Assembly: GCA_964035545.1 (NCBI GenBank)
Contig: OZ037768.1
Span: forward strand, 9,828,741-9,892,740
Reading direction: 5' to 3'
DNA: 64,000 nucleotides
Source: Bugula neritina
Lineage: Eukaryota > Animalia > Bryozoa
The translations under genes were made by a program, and so were the position numbers. Below the pieces are notes generated by a model. The model did not search any database. It saw nothing but the letters and a program-made list of their open reading frames with translations, and was not told the DNA's origin. Shown one piece after another: positions 15,427 through 29,663 of the stretch. Within the stretch, counting starts at the first letter, position 1, and every line of letters starts with the position of its first letter.

Positions 15427-18400
15427 TTACAACTGCAGTGAGCACTGCCATGCAGGTGCAGACTACTGCTAGTAATGCACTTAGTAAACTATCCCTGGTG
15501 TTTGCAGAAAGAAGCAGAACTTCACAAACAGTCTTCTCAAACTGCTTCAGTGGATGATTTACTGCGAGAGCTGATGACTGAAAAAGATGAAGAAATTAAG
15601 TCCCTGCAAGAATCTCTCAAAGCAAGAGATTTGCCAACCAGAGAAGAGCTGGAAGAGCTCAATGAACTCTTGTCTGCCAAGTCTAAGGAGGCGGAAGAGA
15701 CAGAGACTCGACTCACTCAGGAAATCTCTGACGTGAAGCAGGACTTCTCCGCTAAGGTAGAAGAGATCGCTGACCAGAAACAGCGACTGAGCTCCTTGTC
15801 AGAGCGGAATGAGGAGCTGGAGGGCAGAGTGCAGCAGATGAGTCTAGCCGTGAGTGAAGTAGAGCAGCTAAACAGGAAGTACTCTAGCAAGTCGGACGAA
15901 GCGGACGAGTTGGCTCTCAGTGTGGCCACCAAGTCTGCCAAGATAGAGGAGCTGCAGACGTTACTCAATGCTCAGATTGAGGACAATAAGTCTTTAGAGA
16001 ACTTCTCGGTAAGAACTTGTAGAAGCTTTGTCTCTGTCTTCAGTATTCTGGAAGCACTTGCAAGTGTTGTCTTGTTTTGGTTCTGATATCTAAGATTCTG
16101 GCATGCGTAAAATATTTCATTTCAATTTTAAGGTTAAACTGGAAGATGTTTTGCCTTCTGCTGTAAGCTGAGTTATGTCTTGTTCGTTTACCGTTACTTG
16201 TTTACGTTTTAGATTCATTATTATTCTTTGTTCTACCTTGAAGTCATTTCCTGCTGTGATATGTCGTGAAAATAGAGTTTATCAAATTTGTAGTTTATCA
16301 CGACTATTTGTATGAAAGCACAAAAATGGTTACTATTTATGTCTATTGATAACATATTTTAAAATACCAGTTTGACCAACTCAATTCAATTGGCTGATGG
16401 GGCAAATCATTGGAAAGCAATGTGTCGGCAAACTTGGATATATTATTTACTTATGAACGGTTGATAACATTTATAGTATGCTATAATGACATGTTATCAT
16501 GGCCTAGAGTGGTGTGCTGTGCTGAGCTTAAACCCAGCTACAGCTATACTGCTTGTTACTTTCAGGTTATTTCACTAGAATCCTGTGTGTAACTTGTAGG
16601 CGGTGCTATCTGAAGATTTTGAGCAGATTCAATCAATGGTAGAGAGCAAGGATACAGAAGTGACTCAACTGCAGGCATCACTTGAGAAACAGGAAGAAGC
16701 AAACGTTGCTCTCCGGGATGAAAAGGTTTGTTTTTATATAGTTGTCATGTGACTTTATCTTATTTATAGCATGCGCTTATTCTCTTCAGTGTGTTTTATG
16801 CATTTATAACTCCATATTTCGTTCTTAACAAAAGACTAACACTATTAATATTTAGTTACCATAGTTTAATATCTGTACACCTCTTTTCCATTGATTTTAT
16901 TATTGCACTTTATGTGTAAGCTAATACATATTTTTGATGGAATTGAAATCAGTTTATCCCGTTATCTCCTTAGTTGTATATTAGTTGTAACAACTGTGTA
17001 TATAGTCTTCACGTACCCCTGTCCTCCATGTTACTCCTAGTCAATTGGTGTGTTGGTTGTTAGGAGGCTTTAGAGCAACAAGTAATGACTTTAAAAAAAG
17101 ATCTGCGTGAAAGTCAAAATGTAGTCAACGAGAAAGAGGAAGAGATGTATATGCTAAATGAAAGAGTTGAGGAAATGGTAAGATGGGGTGGTTGTTTTCG
17201 TGTATATCTTATCTACTTCACTGATATTTTTCTGTATAAAAACCTGCAATTACTACATGCCTATTGTGGTCATCATTTTTATAATAAAAAAATTACAGTG
17301 ATCTTATTTTAACTATTTTTAACATTTCGATTTATTATTTAGAAGACCAATTTAAGGTAATTATAGAGTTACAATGACATTTGATGTGTCTAATGGAAGT
17401 GCAACAGTGGCCACATTGTTTCTTGTTCTTTTAAGATGTTAATATACAAGGCTGCAAACAAAATTACTGACTCGAAGTTATCGGCTGTTACTAACTAAAT
17501 ATAACCAACTTTTCATATAGCTAATACAATATGATTTATACTGCTTCCCAAATGCACTTGACTAGCTATAGCCATACAATCCTTTTTTGCTTCATTCTAG
17601 CAGTTCACTGCATGTTTCTAGTTCTACTCAGCCTCTACTTTCAGCAGAATATGATCGAATTTTGTCTAAACTTTCCATTAGTTGTTCAGTGTTTTCTGGT
17701 AGGAAAAGAAACAAGTTGACACGTCACAGTTGAGTCAGGAAAAGGAAGAGCTTTTAGCTGAAAGTAAAACTCTTGTATCACAAATAGAAAGTCATAAGGG
17801 GGAGCTAGAGAAATCTCGTGCAAGAATCGAGGAGTTGGAAACAAAATGCAAGGAACTGGAACAAGAGTTGTCAGCCTTTAAGGAGCATTCGGAGGATAAA
17901 GCTGATGTTTCCAAGTCTGAGTTGGACGCTATGATATCAGAGAAGATAGAATTAGCATTGCAGTTGGACAAGGCCAGGCAAGACTCGAGGCAGTTGAATC
18001 AGGTTGTAAAAGAGAAAGACAGTAATATTTCTGAATTAACCGAACAGTTACGTGCCACAATCTCGGAGAAAGAGGCTCTTTCTTCTGTAATTGAGACTCA
18101 CAGTAGACAGTTAAGCAATGTTCAGTTAGAGAGAGATTCACTTCTGGCACTTGAACCATCCGACCACTTAGAACAGACGACTGACGCGACGACATTCGTT
18201 GCTGGGAATAACACGAGTGGGTGGGGTAGCCTACTACAGACCACCATTAAAGAAGATACTGTACTAGACTCTTCTGAGTCTCACCTCCAACCGTCTAATC
18301 TGAATGAAGAGTTACAAAAAGTTATTTCTGAACGTGATGCCTTGTTGGAGAAAGTATCGAGTTTACACGCGAAGCTGAATAATATAGAGCAAACCCCTGT

Positions 18401-21400
18401 TGGCTCCAGTCATATTGATGCACTCAACTCTTTGACTTGTGAGGTAGATCAGGTGAAGCGAGAGAGAGATGAACTGCAAGGGAGGCTAGAAGCAGCCACT
18501 GATACGGCTGACAAGTTGATGAAGGAGAAGACAAATCTACAGAAAAAGTTGGCCAATTCTCATGATGCCCAAGATGTTGATGAGCGTCTGGCTAAACTCC
18601 AACATGAGATGGAGGTTGGTAGTCTGTATCCATGTTATCTATAGCTGTCTATTATATTATGTTAAGACATTAAAAAATAACTTTTTAATGGTAATATTTA
18701 TGAGCGAAAATTAAATATTATCAAAAATCAAAACTTGGAGAAAGAGTCTATACGAACTTTCTATCTACTCTTATTTTAGATTCAATTAAAACAAAAAAGT
18801 GAAGAATTGGAAGCTCTGTCACACTCGGCACAGGAAGAGTTAAAGTCTCAACAAGGTAGTTGAATATACGTATACTTGGCTCATTAAACTGTAGCATTCA
18901 CCTGCCATTATGTCTGTATTTAGAAAGGTGCATTCTTGGCTGGTTAATAACCAAGTTGTATGACTTGAGCTGGTCATTGTATGCTTGCTGTGATACACAA
19001 AGATAGAATGTTTTCAACTGTGAATATATTGTAGTGTATAATACTTAATTTAATAAGCTGTTAAGTTATTTCATAATGATTGATTATTTATGTGGAAAAT
19101 GTTATTAATGTCAATATGCCATTGATTGCATAAGCATTTATGATTACAATGTATTATATACCTATGTTAAGATACGACATACCTCGGAATTATTGGTAAG
19201 ATTGGTTTTCTTCAGCACTTACATTTTTATTAAACTTAATTGAAGTGGAAATCTAACATACTCATAAAGATGCAATCAATTGATAAATGATTGAATATTA
19301 TGTAAGAATTTAATTGGCTATCGTAATTTGCTCCTGTCAGTTGCTTGCTTAGTATCTAATTGAATGTAAACACTATTAATCGCAAACAATGCACATAGTA
19401 CGGAGTTTTTTGTTTGCTGATTATTTGCCTGGCGCATTGACATTGAGTTAAGCAATAGCACTGACAGTTTGCTCTCAGCCGGCTTGTATTGAGGCAGCAT
19501 TTGCGGCAGCATGACTGTGTAGGGCAACTAGCTTGGTATGCTTTCATTACACTGTTTAATAAATGTTTGTGCTGTTAGACTGTGGTACTTGATTTAATCT
19601 AATCCTTTTACTAACTCTGCACTGGGCTCTATGTTGTTAAAAATACAAGGCTTTGTATGAGTAGCTGCTATGTTGGTACTGTGTTATGCCACGGTGAGAA
19701 TACTCTTATACTCTGTTTAGAATCATACGAGGAGACTATACTGGCGCTGAATGAGAAAATCAAGAGCCTGAGGACAGAGTTTGAGCAGAATTACCAGAAA
19801 CTGAAAGAGCAGGTTCTAGACGAAGTCGTCTCTAAGATTGACGAAACAATGCGTAAGTTTCATTCTATTTTGTCTTATTTATTTTTCTCTCTTTTGGTTA
19901 CATCTTAGTTTAAGATATGCAAGTCAGGGCCGACTTTAAGAATCATCTGCTCTTATAGCTGAAGAGTCGTTCAGTGAATCTCTGAGGAGAGATATAGAAG
20001 GGAAAATTGCGCTCATCACTAATGGATACCAGAGAGACAGTGACCAAGATACTATACCTGATACAGCCTCCCAGCTGTCTACTATAGGAGATGATGTGCC
20101 TGTACATCAGAGGCAGAAGGTGTGTATATACTAATAACCATACTAATACCAGGTTAGTTAGTGCTTGTGATGGAATATGCAATGATGTAATACGTTCTTT
20201 TGGGGTTGTGGATAGCATAGCCTGTGTGGTATATGTATGGTGGCTTATGCATTAGTGAATTTATACCTGCTAATGCATTTTGTATATTTCATGTTCAATA
20301 TCAGAATAACATTCAGTGTATTAGCAGCTCTTTCTAGTGATTGTTGCACTTGGCATTGCCTGATTAAACACAAAGCTCCTTGTGTTAGCTAACGTACACA
20401 TATGGACATAGGACCTATTTCACTGCTGCATTGTTTGTGGTATTGTTAGGTGATTGTTTTACTAGTTATAGGCCCCTGACTCTGTATATATTGACACAGT
20501 GTTATCATATGAAGTAGTGCTTGTTTTTAATCTATGTAGAAATAACAACTATAGTTTAAGGTACATTTCCTGTTAATGCTTGCATAATTTACCTGAATAT
20601 AAGTGACATTATGTCTAAATATTGTAGTTTTTATACTCAACTTAGTATCAGCAAAATTTTTCATTTTTATTATATATATTATATGCTTGCATGCTCTTGT
20701 GTTTGCTTCTAGCTCATTGCAATGTTCCACCAGTTGTTGGGCAAATAATAAATAAACTGCGTTAGACTCAGCAGTTTACGTTATTGGAAGCATATATTAT
20801 ATATAAGCTGCCATATACATTGTAAATGAATAATAGTATAAGTATATATACATGGTGATGCATGTGAAGAAAAACGATATGATTTTGATACTAAATTTTA
20901 GTATATAATATTATTTATTATGCTGTGTATAATATCTATAATAAAGTATTGGTTCATATGCTCTCATTGTATTATTGTTTCATTTTATAGCCTACACATT
21001 ATTTCACAGTAGAATAATAAAATGTTAGTATATCTTGTCATGGAAGGTTATATTGTAACATGGTGCTGTAGCTCAGCTGCCTGCATATATCTGTTTACAT
21101 TGTGTGGAGTACTATACCTGTACACACCTGTACTATACCTGTACACACCTGTACTATACCTGTATACACCTGTACTATACCTGTACACACCTCTACTATA
21201 CCGTCTCTGCAGCACCATATGGACCAAATAGAGAGAGTCAGCAGTTCCATTTACAAACTCAGTCAGGGAAATGCTGCCTTCTCAGAGCAAGTTGTCGAAA
21301 GTTTACTTCAGGAGAAAGAGGTGCTGCAAGCTTCAGTACAGTCCCTCAAAGACATGCTCTCTCACATAGACAGTGCCAGATCGGAGGCCATTGTAAGTAT

Positions 21401-24400
21401 TGCAACTGTGTGAATATAGGACAGTGGGAGAAGAGTATAGCAAATACTTGTTTGTCTGCTGGGACTTTGCGGAAATGCTTATCACATTCTCTATATGAAA
21501 ACAAAAAGTGCTACTCTTGTATGTTTTTATTAAAACTCACTGTAGTTGCTCAATTGCTTTTTTAAATCCATTCACTGCAGTGCTGACAAAGTTTGAATTT
21601 AAATCTCAACACTTGTTGTTCAATAAAGATCCTTCTTCTCATATCCTTTCATAGTTTGTGTTTTGTAGCAGAAAATTAGAGAAATTTCTCTCAGCTTCCA
21701 TCTTTCTCTACTAAAAATGTTTTAAACCTCTACCAGTTTGACTGAATACTGTTACTTATATGAATTTACCAGTTTAACAGCATGCTGTATAAATATATGC
21801 CGTCGTGTTAACTTGCAGTCAACAGTCAGCCACCCCCCTGACTGGCGTGCCTCACTAATCCAGGCGATTCACCAGGTATTTGTCCAGGAGAGAGAACTGT
21901 ACCTGCAGGAGTTGAGGACGTTCGTAGCGGCTAGAGGGGACCTCCAGCCTAACGAGGCCGAGAGAATGGAGTCTAGACTACGATCACTGGTATGTGAGTT
22001 TTGGGGGGTCTTGTGTGTTACTAGTATTAAGTGGAATTAATGTAACAGTAGCAACTTTTTTATGTTGCTACTAGTGTAATGGATTTCTCAGTTTAGAATT
22101 AGCGTTTAGGTTTGACTACATGTCCACTCACACCTGTTTACATGTCCACTCACACCTGTCTACATTTCCACTCACACCTGTCTGCATGTCCACCCAAACC
22201 TGTCTACATGTCCACCCACACCTGTCTACACGCTCTTCACTCTATGATTTTGCTGCTGTAGTCCTCGAGACAAGAGTCCAGTTTAGACGAACTGTTTCGC
22301 ACAGACAGACAATCACTACTAGACGAAATAGCTGAGCATAGATCTCTTCTGAACAAAATGAAGGAGGATGTTCTACAGATATGCACACAGCTAGAGAAAT
22401 CTAAAGCAGATGCTAAGCAAGAAGGTTTGTAGAGTTTTGTTCAGTAATGCTACACAGGCCAAAGTATTGTTTAAGGCTTCCAGCTCATTAGTACGTAGAC
22501 TCAAGAGTATAAATATAAGTGGTGAATCAAATAATACAGTAATTATTGCCATAGCTGCATACACATTGTGTGCAATCTACAATCAAGTATGTTGACATGA
22601 AAGTCGTTGACTGTATAAAGTGAATGCTCGAATGCCAGTTACGGCTGTTGACATTTATTCGTAGTGTTTTGTAATTACATTATTTGAAAATAATGGTTTA
22701 AATTATCCAAATTTTTAAGAAGTTGTGTTGCCAACCTGCAATGAAAGGTGTTGCTGTCATTCAAGATGAATAGTCGGTGCTCTACCAGAATGTGTCTTAC
22801 CTGGATCAATGAATCTCTATTTGTAATGGGTGCAATTTTGTTCATTTAGTTCTACAAATTGAAACATTTAGTTGATTTTCTTTCATTTTGTCAGCAGACT
22901 TGAAAAGAATGAAAGAGATGAAGTGTTTTTAGTTTTTGTTTTATTAAAGAAGTTTCTGACTTAAGCGTATGTTTTACTCGTACCTGTTTATGTGCAGCTG
23001 AGTTGAATGAAGCCCGGCAGCTCCAGCAGGCAGCGCTCATTGCTGACATGTCGAAGGCTCTCAACACAGAGCAGCAGAGAAATGGCTCACTAACCGGGGA
23101 GTTGTCTACTCTACGTGAGAAACTCTACAAAGCGGAGGCTGACCTGGCCAATGCCACAGCACAACTTGATCATACAAGACACCTGCTTGACACTGAGCAA
23201 CAGAAGTTTTCATCGTTACAGTACGTAGTTCATTTCAACATTGTTAGATGTTTGGTTGAACATGTTATTAGATGTACGGAGTATAGGTTAGCCCCCTATA
23301 TTATTTCTCATTGCCCTCTATGATTTAACCTGCTACTCTGTGACCCCACCTTCTCTATATTTCTATAGGATTGATTTATCTGACGTCAGGTACGTACAAG
23401 GCAGCGCGTCACCAGTCTATCTATCGCCATCTAGATATTGGAATACCTGGTGTACTTGTAATACTCATTTCATGTTGCTCAGCCCTGCTCCATTCTACTC
23501 ACTCATCTTTGCTGACTGGAAAATATAGTTTCTTATTTATTTCTTATTTGGTGTTTTTGAAATTTCATTTCTAAAACTTCATTACATCAGCTGATTGCAT
23601 GCCATTGTATTATTTACCAGCAATATTTTGGTTGCAGTTTAGTTTTCACAGATTCTTATCTATTTGATTCTCTCTCCCATCTGTCTGTCTGCCTCCACCT
23701 CAGTGATGCGTTCACTTCTGTCTGCTGCATCTCTCTCTTTACCATGTAGGAATCAGCTGGCGAATGAGTCCGAGAAAACTGAGATGTTGGAATCTCGTCT
23801 GTACCAGCAAGCTGCTGAAGAGCAGAAACTTCGTAGCGGTTTAGAGAAACTTCAACAGGAGAAGAAGCAAGAGAAAGAAGAGGCTCATCTCTTAGCCCAG
23901 GTGAGGATATTTAGTAGGCAGTAGGTTTATTTGTTTTACGTTTTATCTATACAGTTTGTATTTGTACAGTCCAGTCATGCTGAATGAAAAAGCACTTGAT
24001 TTTATTTCAGACTTTAAGACAAGATATACAGTTGCTAAGGGATAAACAAAACGGTCTAACGGCCAAGCTGGACAAGGAAAGCCTGCAACTTCAAACAGCC
24101 AAAAGGCAGTTGGTTGAGGAGCAAAATACAGCCTCCAATAGAGAGAGAAAGGCTAAAGCTAAAATTTCTCAGCTGGAACTCAACCTTGACATGGAAAAAG
24201 CAAACCAGCTAGACCTGTCTCAGTATGTCAATCAGCGTGCAATGGCTCATTGATTTCGAATTATCTGTATAATCGAGTGAAATCCTTTGAACTCAAACCT
24301 TGTTTCATAGATTACAACTGTCTTTAACTGTAGGCAACTGTCGCAAGAGAAACGACTATCCGCTGATCAGGCTAAGCAAATATCCGAGTTAGAAAACAGA

Positions 24401-27400
24401 CCAACTGTGTCTGAATACAAGATGCTAGCAGATGAGTTGGATACAGAGAAGGGAAGGTGTTTAGACATGCAGGTAAAATATGCTCACCTGTTCTGGTAAT
24501 ACATTTACACATTCAGGTAATATATTTAGACTTAGTTCTACACGTGCTGTTGTAGAGTGCTGTTAGTAGAGAGAAGAATAGGTCTGCCAATCTCAGTGCT
24601 GCTCTGGACTTGGCAAGAGCTCAGGCTCTGGAGGAAATAGAAAATGAGAAAAGACTTGTCTCTCAGCTCAAACAGGATTTAGAGTCCCGGAAGGTGAGAA
24701 ATTGTCTCCCTTAGTAATTGTAAAGTATTTTCTACCATGTTGTCTGTATTCACTAGGAGTAGAGGAGTGTTTTATGCAGCTCTTGTTGATCTCTTGTTAT
24801 ATTCAAAAGTTGTGTGAAGAAAATTGCTCCGATCATAACTCCGTAGTTCATAACTTGTACAGCCAATCAGAGTACATAGATTTGAAATTGTCAGTTTTTT
24901 CAGACATTTTTAAAATTTGCTAAACATACCGTGTTTAAAACATCAGCGGTATTCTAAAAATGGTGATATCGTAAAGCTTTCGATATCATAATACATATAG
25001 AACAGTCTGTATTGTGAGTGCATTCCTGTAGAGAGAGTCAGGTGACCTGCGAGCGCAGCTATTGGCTGAAAACCAGACTGTGGGAACTCTTCGAGAGGAA
25101 GTTGCCCAGTTGCAGGACAAGTTGGAGAGCGTCAACTGTGAGTTGTTCACAGCTCAGAGAGAGTTGGCTGTGCAGCAGACGTCCATGCAGCAGATTAGAG
25201 ACTCCATGGCGGACGTGGAGAGTTTCAATGATGAGCTGAAGACCAGGCTGGGAGCTGCTGATGCGCTTGTGGCTGAGAAGGAGCGTGTAATAGCCTCCCA
25301 ACACCGGGATATTGTCAAGATGAGGAATCACACTGCTCAGGCTAATGTATGTCCCCGAATTCTTGCAGCACTTGAAAGATAGTTAAGGATTTGTGAATAA
25401 AGTGTGTATAATAGCTGGACATAGTTGTTAGCTGGCTGCTGTGAGCTATTCTCAACAGACATGCAGTTGTTAGAAGTGGTTTTCTTTGCACTTTGCCTAA
25501 TAGTTTGAGTATCACTGCTTAGTATTAAACTAACAAGTTTGCTGTGAGTGTGCCATGTAATTGTAGATACCACCTTCTTCTAGCGAATCTGTTAAACTCT
25601 TAGATCTTGTTGATAAACTTAGTCAGGAAAAAAGTGAGCTGAGAAATACGCTCAGTCATCTAGAGGCTGAAATCCATCAGTACAAGATACGTGAGGTACA
25701 CACTTTGCTAACCAGTTTTAACCTAGAGGTTCCTTTGTATACTAGTTTCCCTTGTTTTATTAATATATTAGTTCCCCCCTTTCCCCTATTTTATTATTGC
25801 TGTGTTCTCGAGAGTTAAACTCCTTTGTGTTTGATGTCAGGCAAACCGCACTTCGGGGAATTTGAGCTGCAAGCTGTCTTCCTATTGGCTGGAAGTTGTC
25901 ACCCAGCTCTATTCTCGAATGAGAAAGGCTGAAGCTAAAGTCCGAGGTTTGACTTACCAGAAGAAGCTGATACTCCTGCAACTTGGCGGATATCAGGTGA
26001 CGATATATCGTGCCTCAGTACATTAATGTGATAACGTACAATATGTAGGTATATCATAGACACCTGTAGGTATATAATACGTAGGTATATCATATACATG
26101 CTGTAGGCATACAATACGTAGGTATATCATAGACATGCTGTAGGCATACAGAATGATGAATATAATTCAAATATCTGTTACATAGGAGTGTGAAGCGGAG
26201 ACATTGAGAAGACTAGCAAATATGGGAGCAGTAAGCCCCACCACTCCAACCAAGATTCCACCTAAACGTAGATTTAGGGCTGCCGTTAGAGTGGTCATCA
26301 CTACATATCGAATGAAATGGCTCATTACTAGATCAAAAACGGTTTGTTTTTATAGTATATTCAGCCCCATAATGCTTTTTGTATGTTGAGCATTCATTTG
26401 GAAGATTTTGCAATCTATTGAAGTATTTTCAACATTAACTCATCAGATTATATACTGTTGATTACCAAAGTTCTACTGAATGTTGCTTGAGCTGATGATT
26501 GTAATGTGTGTTTCCAGTTGATTCGTGACGGTATCCAAAGTCTGTTTAACAATGATAAAGAAAATTCCGGACATAAAGGTTAGTAAAACATTTTGCTTTA
26601 AACAAGTTTACTGAGAAACCTAAAATTTAGAGATTTTTAATATTTATGTTTATTGTTTCTGCTTTCAGTCGCTAACAAGCCTTCCAAATCCGAGTTCAAG
26701 TCTGACTCTGCCAAAGTCTCCCGTCCAGATTCTCGCAGATCTTCCCGCCGTCCCGACAGCAGCAGGACGGCATCAACCGCCGTTACTGGCAGCAGCAAGA
26801 GATCGAGCTCTGCGCAGTCCACCCGATCTGATAAGGGGTCGTACACGGCGTCCCGACCTCAGAGCCAATTGTCTCTGCATAGAAGGCGGAGTTCTAAGGG
26901 CAGCAGTAGGGAGGATATGAGGTCAAGTGCTACAGCCAGCCCCGTGGAGAGTCTGTCAAAACGGAGTACTCCCAGGAATTCTCCCGTCCCTCCTAGAGAA
27001 GGTCAGTTTATATATTGACTCCGTTAGCCTGTAGCTGTAAGAAGGGGAACATGATATATCTATGTATTCTCAGAGTCAGCATCCGGCAATGATATTGTCA
27101 CTTGTAGCATTATTTTTTAATTTATGTAACTTTCTTCTTTTGAATCTATGATTGATTGTTGGTTTTATCCATATTTTCATAGGCGTAAAAAGTACATATT
27201 ATCTATAATATTTATGAATTTGCATGAGTATATCACAATAGCATATGCATAGTATCTATCTATATTAGACATGTACTAAATTTTCAGCCACATTTGTCCA
27301 TCTGCTGTATGTAGGTCAAACTGGCTCTCCGGCTAGCAGTTATAATCCTAGCAGACACGCCAACTGTTTCCCTTCAGATGCACATATCAGGCCCGCAGTG

Positions 27401-27840
27401 AATCGACCTTCTGCTGATGACAGTGTTGTCGAAAATCTGAATCGGTTAGAAAGACTGCAGGAAAGACTAACTGAAATTCAAAAGCCCTCCTCTGCCACAC
27501 CCGGTGAGTCAAGGCGTATAGCTAAGTCCTTGTGCTGCTCAGCATAAAAAGCTGTTTGGGCAACGCTCCAATATATCAATCAATGCATCAATAGATTGAT
27601 TGACAGGTTTGATTGATTAAATTCATAATAATAAGATTATTTGTCAAGCGGAGTGGATTTATCAGATGAATTGAAAGCTATTGATCTAAGTAATTGTTTA
27701 TTGAGTGATTGACAGCATATTTTGTTTTGCTGCTGATATTATCTGATCAAGTAATCTAGGTCTCGGTGAATAACGTGTGCTCCATGCTGTATTACCTGCC
27801 AACTCAGTTTTCTATTATGTTTATAGATGCTTTTATGTAA
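628..27840 (+). CDS. Pericentrin/AKAP9 (PACT-domain) centrosomal coiled-coil protein, multi-exon; 5' end lies upstream of the window
   Basis: Dozens of E/Q/L/K-rich coiled-coil exons (first 628-1067). Exons 25841-25996 and 26186-26341 translate to LYSRMRKAEAKVRGLTYQKKLILLQLGGYQ|ECEAETLRRLANMG...KRRFRAAVRVVITTYRMKWL, matching the PACT domain consensus. Last exons are 27315-27503 and 27827-27840 (DAFM*). PCNT vs AKAP9 cannot be separated in an invertebrate. Confidence 0.9.
10323..15252. repeat. Intronic satellite, 16-bp base unit CCATAGTAAGTACATA with 15/16/19-bp variants, ~300 units
   Basis: Directly visible tandem array filling most of intron 10307-15507. Confidence 0.99.
15333..15424. repeat. 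(GGCT)n microsatellite
   Basis: About 22 near-perfect GGCT units. Confidence 0.97.
21110..21200. repeat. 21-bp tandem repeat TACTATACCTGTACACACCTG (~4 copies)
   Basis: Direct repeats just upstream of the acceptor at ~21212. Confidence 0.9.
22116..22230. repeat. ~22-bp tandem repeat CTACATGTCCACTCACACCTGT (~5 copies)
   Basis: Direct repeats inside an intron. Confidence 0.85.
25841..26341 (+). other. PACT domain-coding exons
   Basis: YQKK-x-LL-x-LGGYQECE and RFRAAVRV...RMKWL motifs joined across a phase-0 intron (25997-26185). Confidence 0.9.
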
Positions 27841-29663
27841 AGACTCAGTGTAACAAGTTCTCTACTGCATTTCCATGACTTGCTGCTGAATTGAGACTAC
27901 TAGAGGTGTTTTAGTGTAACGCTGCTTGCTGATTGGGTTATTTAACTTTTAGTTTCATGAATTGACATTCCTCGTGTACATTTGCAAAATAGCTTGTATT
28001 CTTACATAATATTATGTCGTTTATTATTCCAATTTATTAATGAAAATTTGTATAATTGTGTTGTTGGAGATTAGCACGAGTATGTGATGTTCTTTTTAAC
28101 TTTTTGATTATAGTAATCATTTTATTTCATGTTTAAAATGTTGCGCTCATAAGTTTTGTGGTGCTGTAATAAGTATAATAGTTCAAAGTAGTATTAGTGT
28201 TATTAATATATTATGTAACGATATTTATACTTTATTTGTGTATGTTACGTGAATATTTGATAATTGATGGTCATATAAGGTATTTATTTTTAAAAAAGTG
28301 ATTTTAGTTGCTGTGTTTACATATATATTCCTTTTATACAGCATGAAATATATAACTATTTAAAATATTAATCATAATTTATATTATTCATTCGCCATGA
28401 AATTCATCAAGTTGCCATCTAAAATAACGCTTAGAATATTCATACAACAATCAAAACACAGACACATATATTATCATTGATCCTTGAACGATTTTTCTCA
28501 GTTGAAGCCAAGTAGTCCTTTGAAAGTTGCATTTTAAACTGCTTATTGTCTTACTTGCAACAATTAATATGCCATAATGTACTATAATATGTCAATAGTG
28601 GTAAATGAAAGCTGAACCTAGTTTCTTTTCCATAGACTGTATACATGGTGCATATAACAAGTGGAATCGGATAGTTTCAACACATGTCATACAGCATACC
28701 TCAGGCTGACATGTTGTAGGGAGATTTTCAACTTAGTTATAGTTATCTTCTCTTAACATGTATGAAGAGCGAACAACTCCATTAAAGTATTATAATTGCA
28801 TTGACATAAATGTAGTGTAGGTGTGGCCTGTATGAATTTGGCAAGTATAAAAGAGAGTGTGTATGAGAGAGAACAGTGCTCAAGGAGGGAAAATAAAGAT
28901 AGAACTTGTGTGTATGAACGCAATAGAATGTGTTAATGAGTGCTAGCCCAGGATCCTAGACTGTGGAGCACCACATGACGAATACCCTAACCCGGAGTCC
29001 TAACTCTACTCCCTACAAATTGACAGGAGCTGGAGCTATTGGAAAATAATTATTTACATTTGACCGACAGTTTACCATTTACAGATTTACCTCAAAACGT
29101 TTCAACTACCTAGTACTAATAGTACTAATTTTATGAATAATAATTTATAATATTCAATACTAATAACACAGTAGGCTATCACGCTTATATGCAGAACCTT
29201 CTTATGTGCACCTTATCTCTCCTCTATTTTTATTAACAAAACGTGACAAAATATTCTTATCATTATAGTAAAAATAATATTTAAATGAAAATTGCATTCT
29301 TTACAATGGAAATAAAATATATATCTATGAAATGATAAACTGACGTGGCTTAAAAGCATTGAGCTGTATAAAATTTTGAAAAAAACTTAGATAATAAATT
29401 ATAAATAGTTTAATAAATTACTATATTACACATCAAATAGGCTTTGTAAATGTAGGCTACAAGAAAAGTCTAAAAGTTTTTTAAATACAACTGATTGAAA
29501 TGTTTATTCCAGGGTTAGTTTTATTCACTTAAATGGTTTTCTGTTAGCCTAGCATAAATTATATGTTTAAAGTTTATCTGATGCATCCCACCATCTGCTA
29601 ATATTCTCATGAAAGGACATATAATAACTATAGGTTTGCTGCTCATTGATTGTATATAGCATC

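Noticed and set aside
10340-15451. Long minus-strand ORFs (MVCTYYGMYLLWYVLT..., up to 520 aa)
   Set aside because: Translations of the satellite: the main unit has no minus-strand stop, and the ORFs overlap in all three frames.
19426-19536. GC-richer intronic patch ending in a donor-like G|GTATGC (possible internal first exon)
   Set aside because: The frame matching the next exon contains a stop; unsupported without transcript data.
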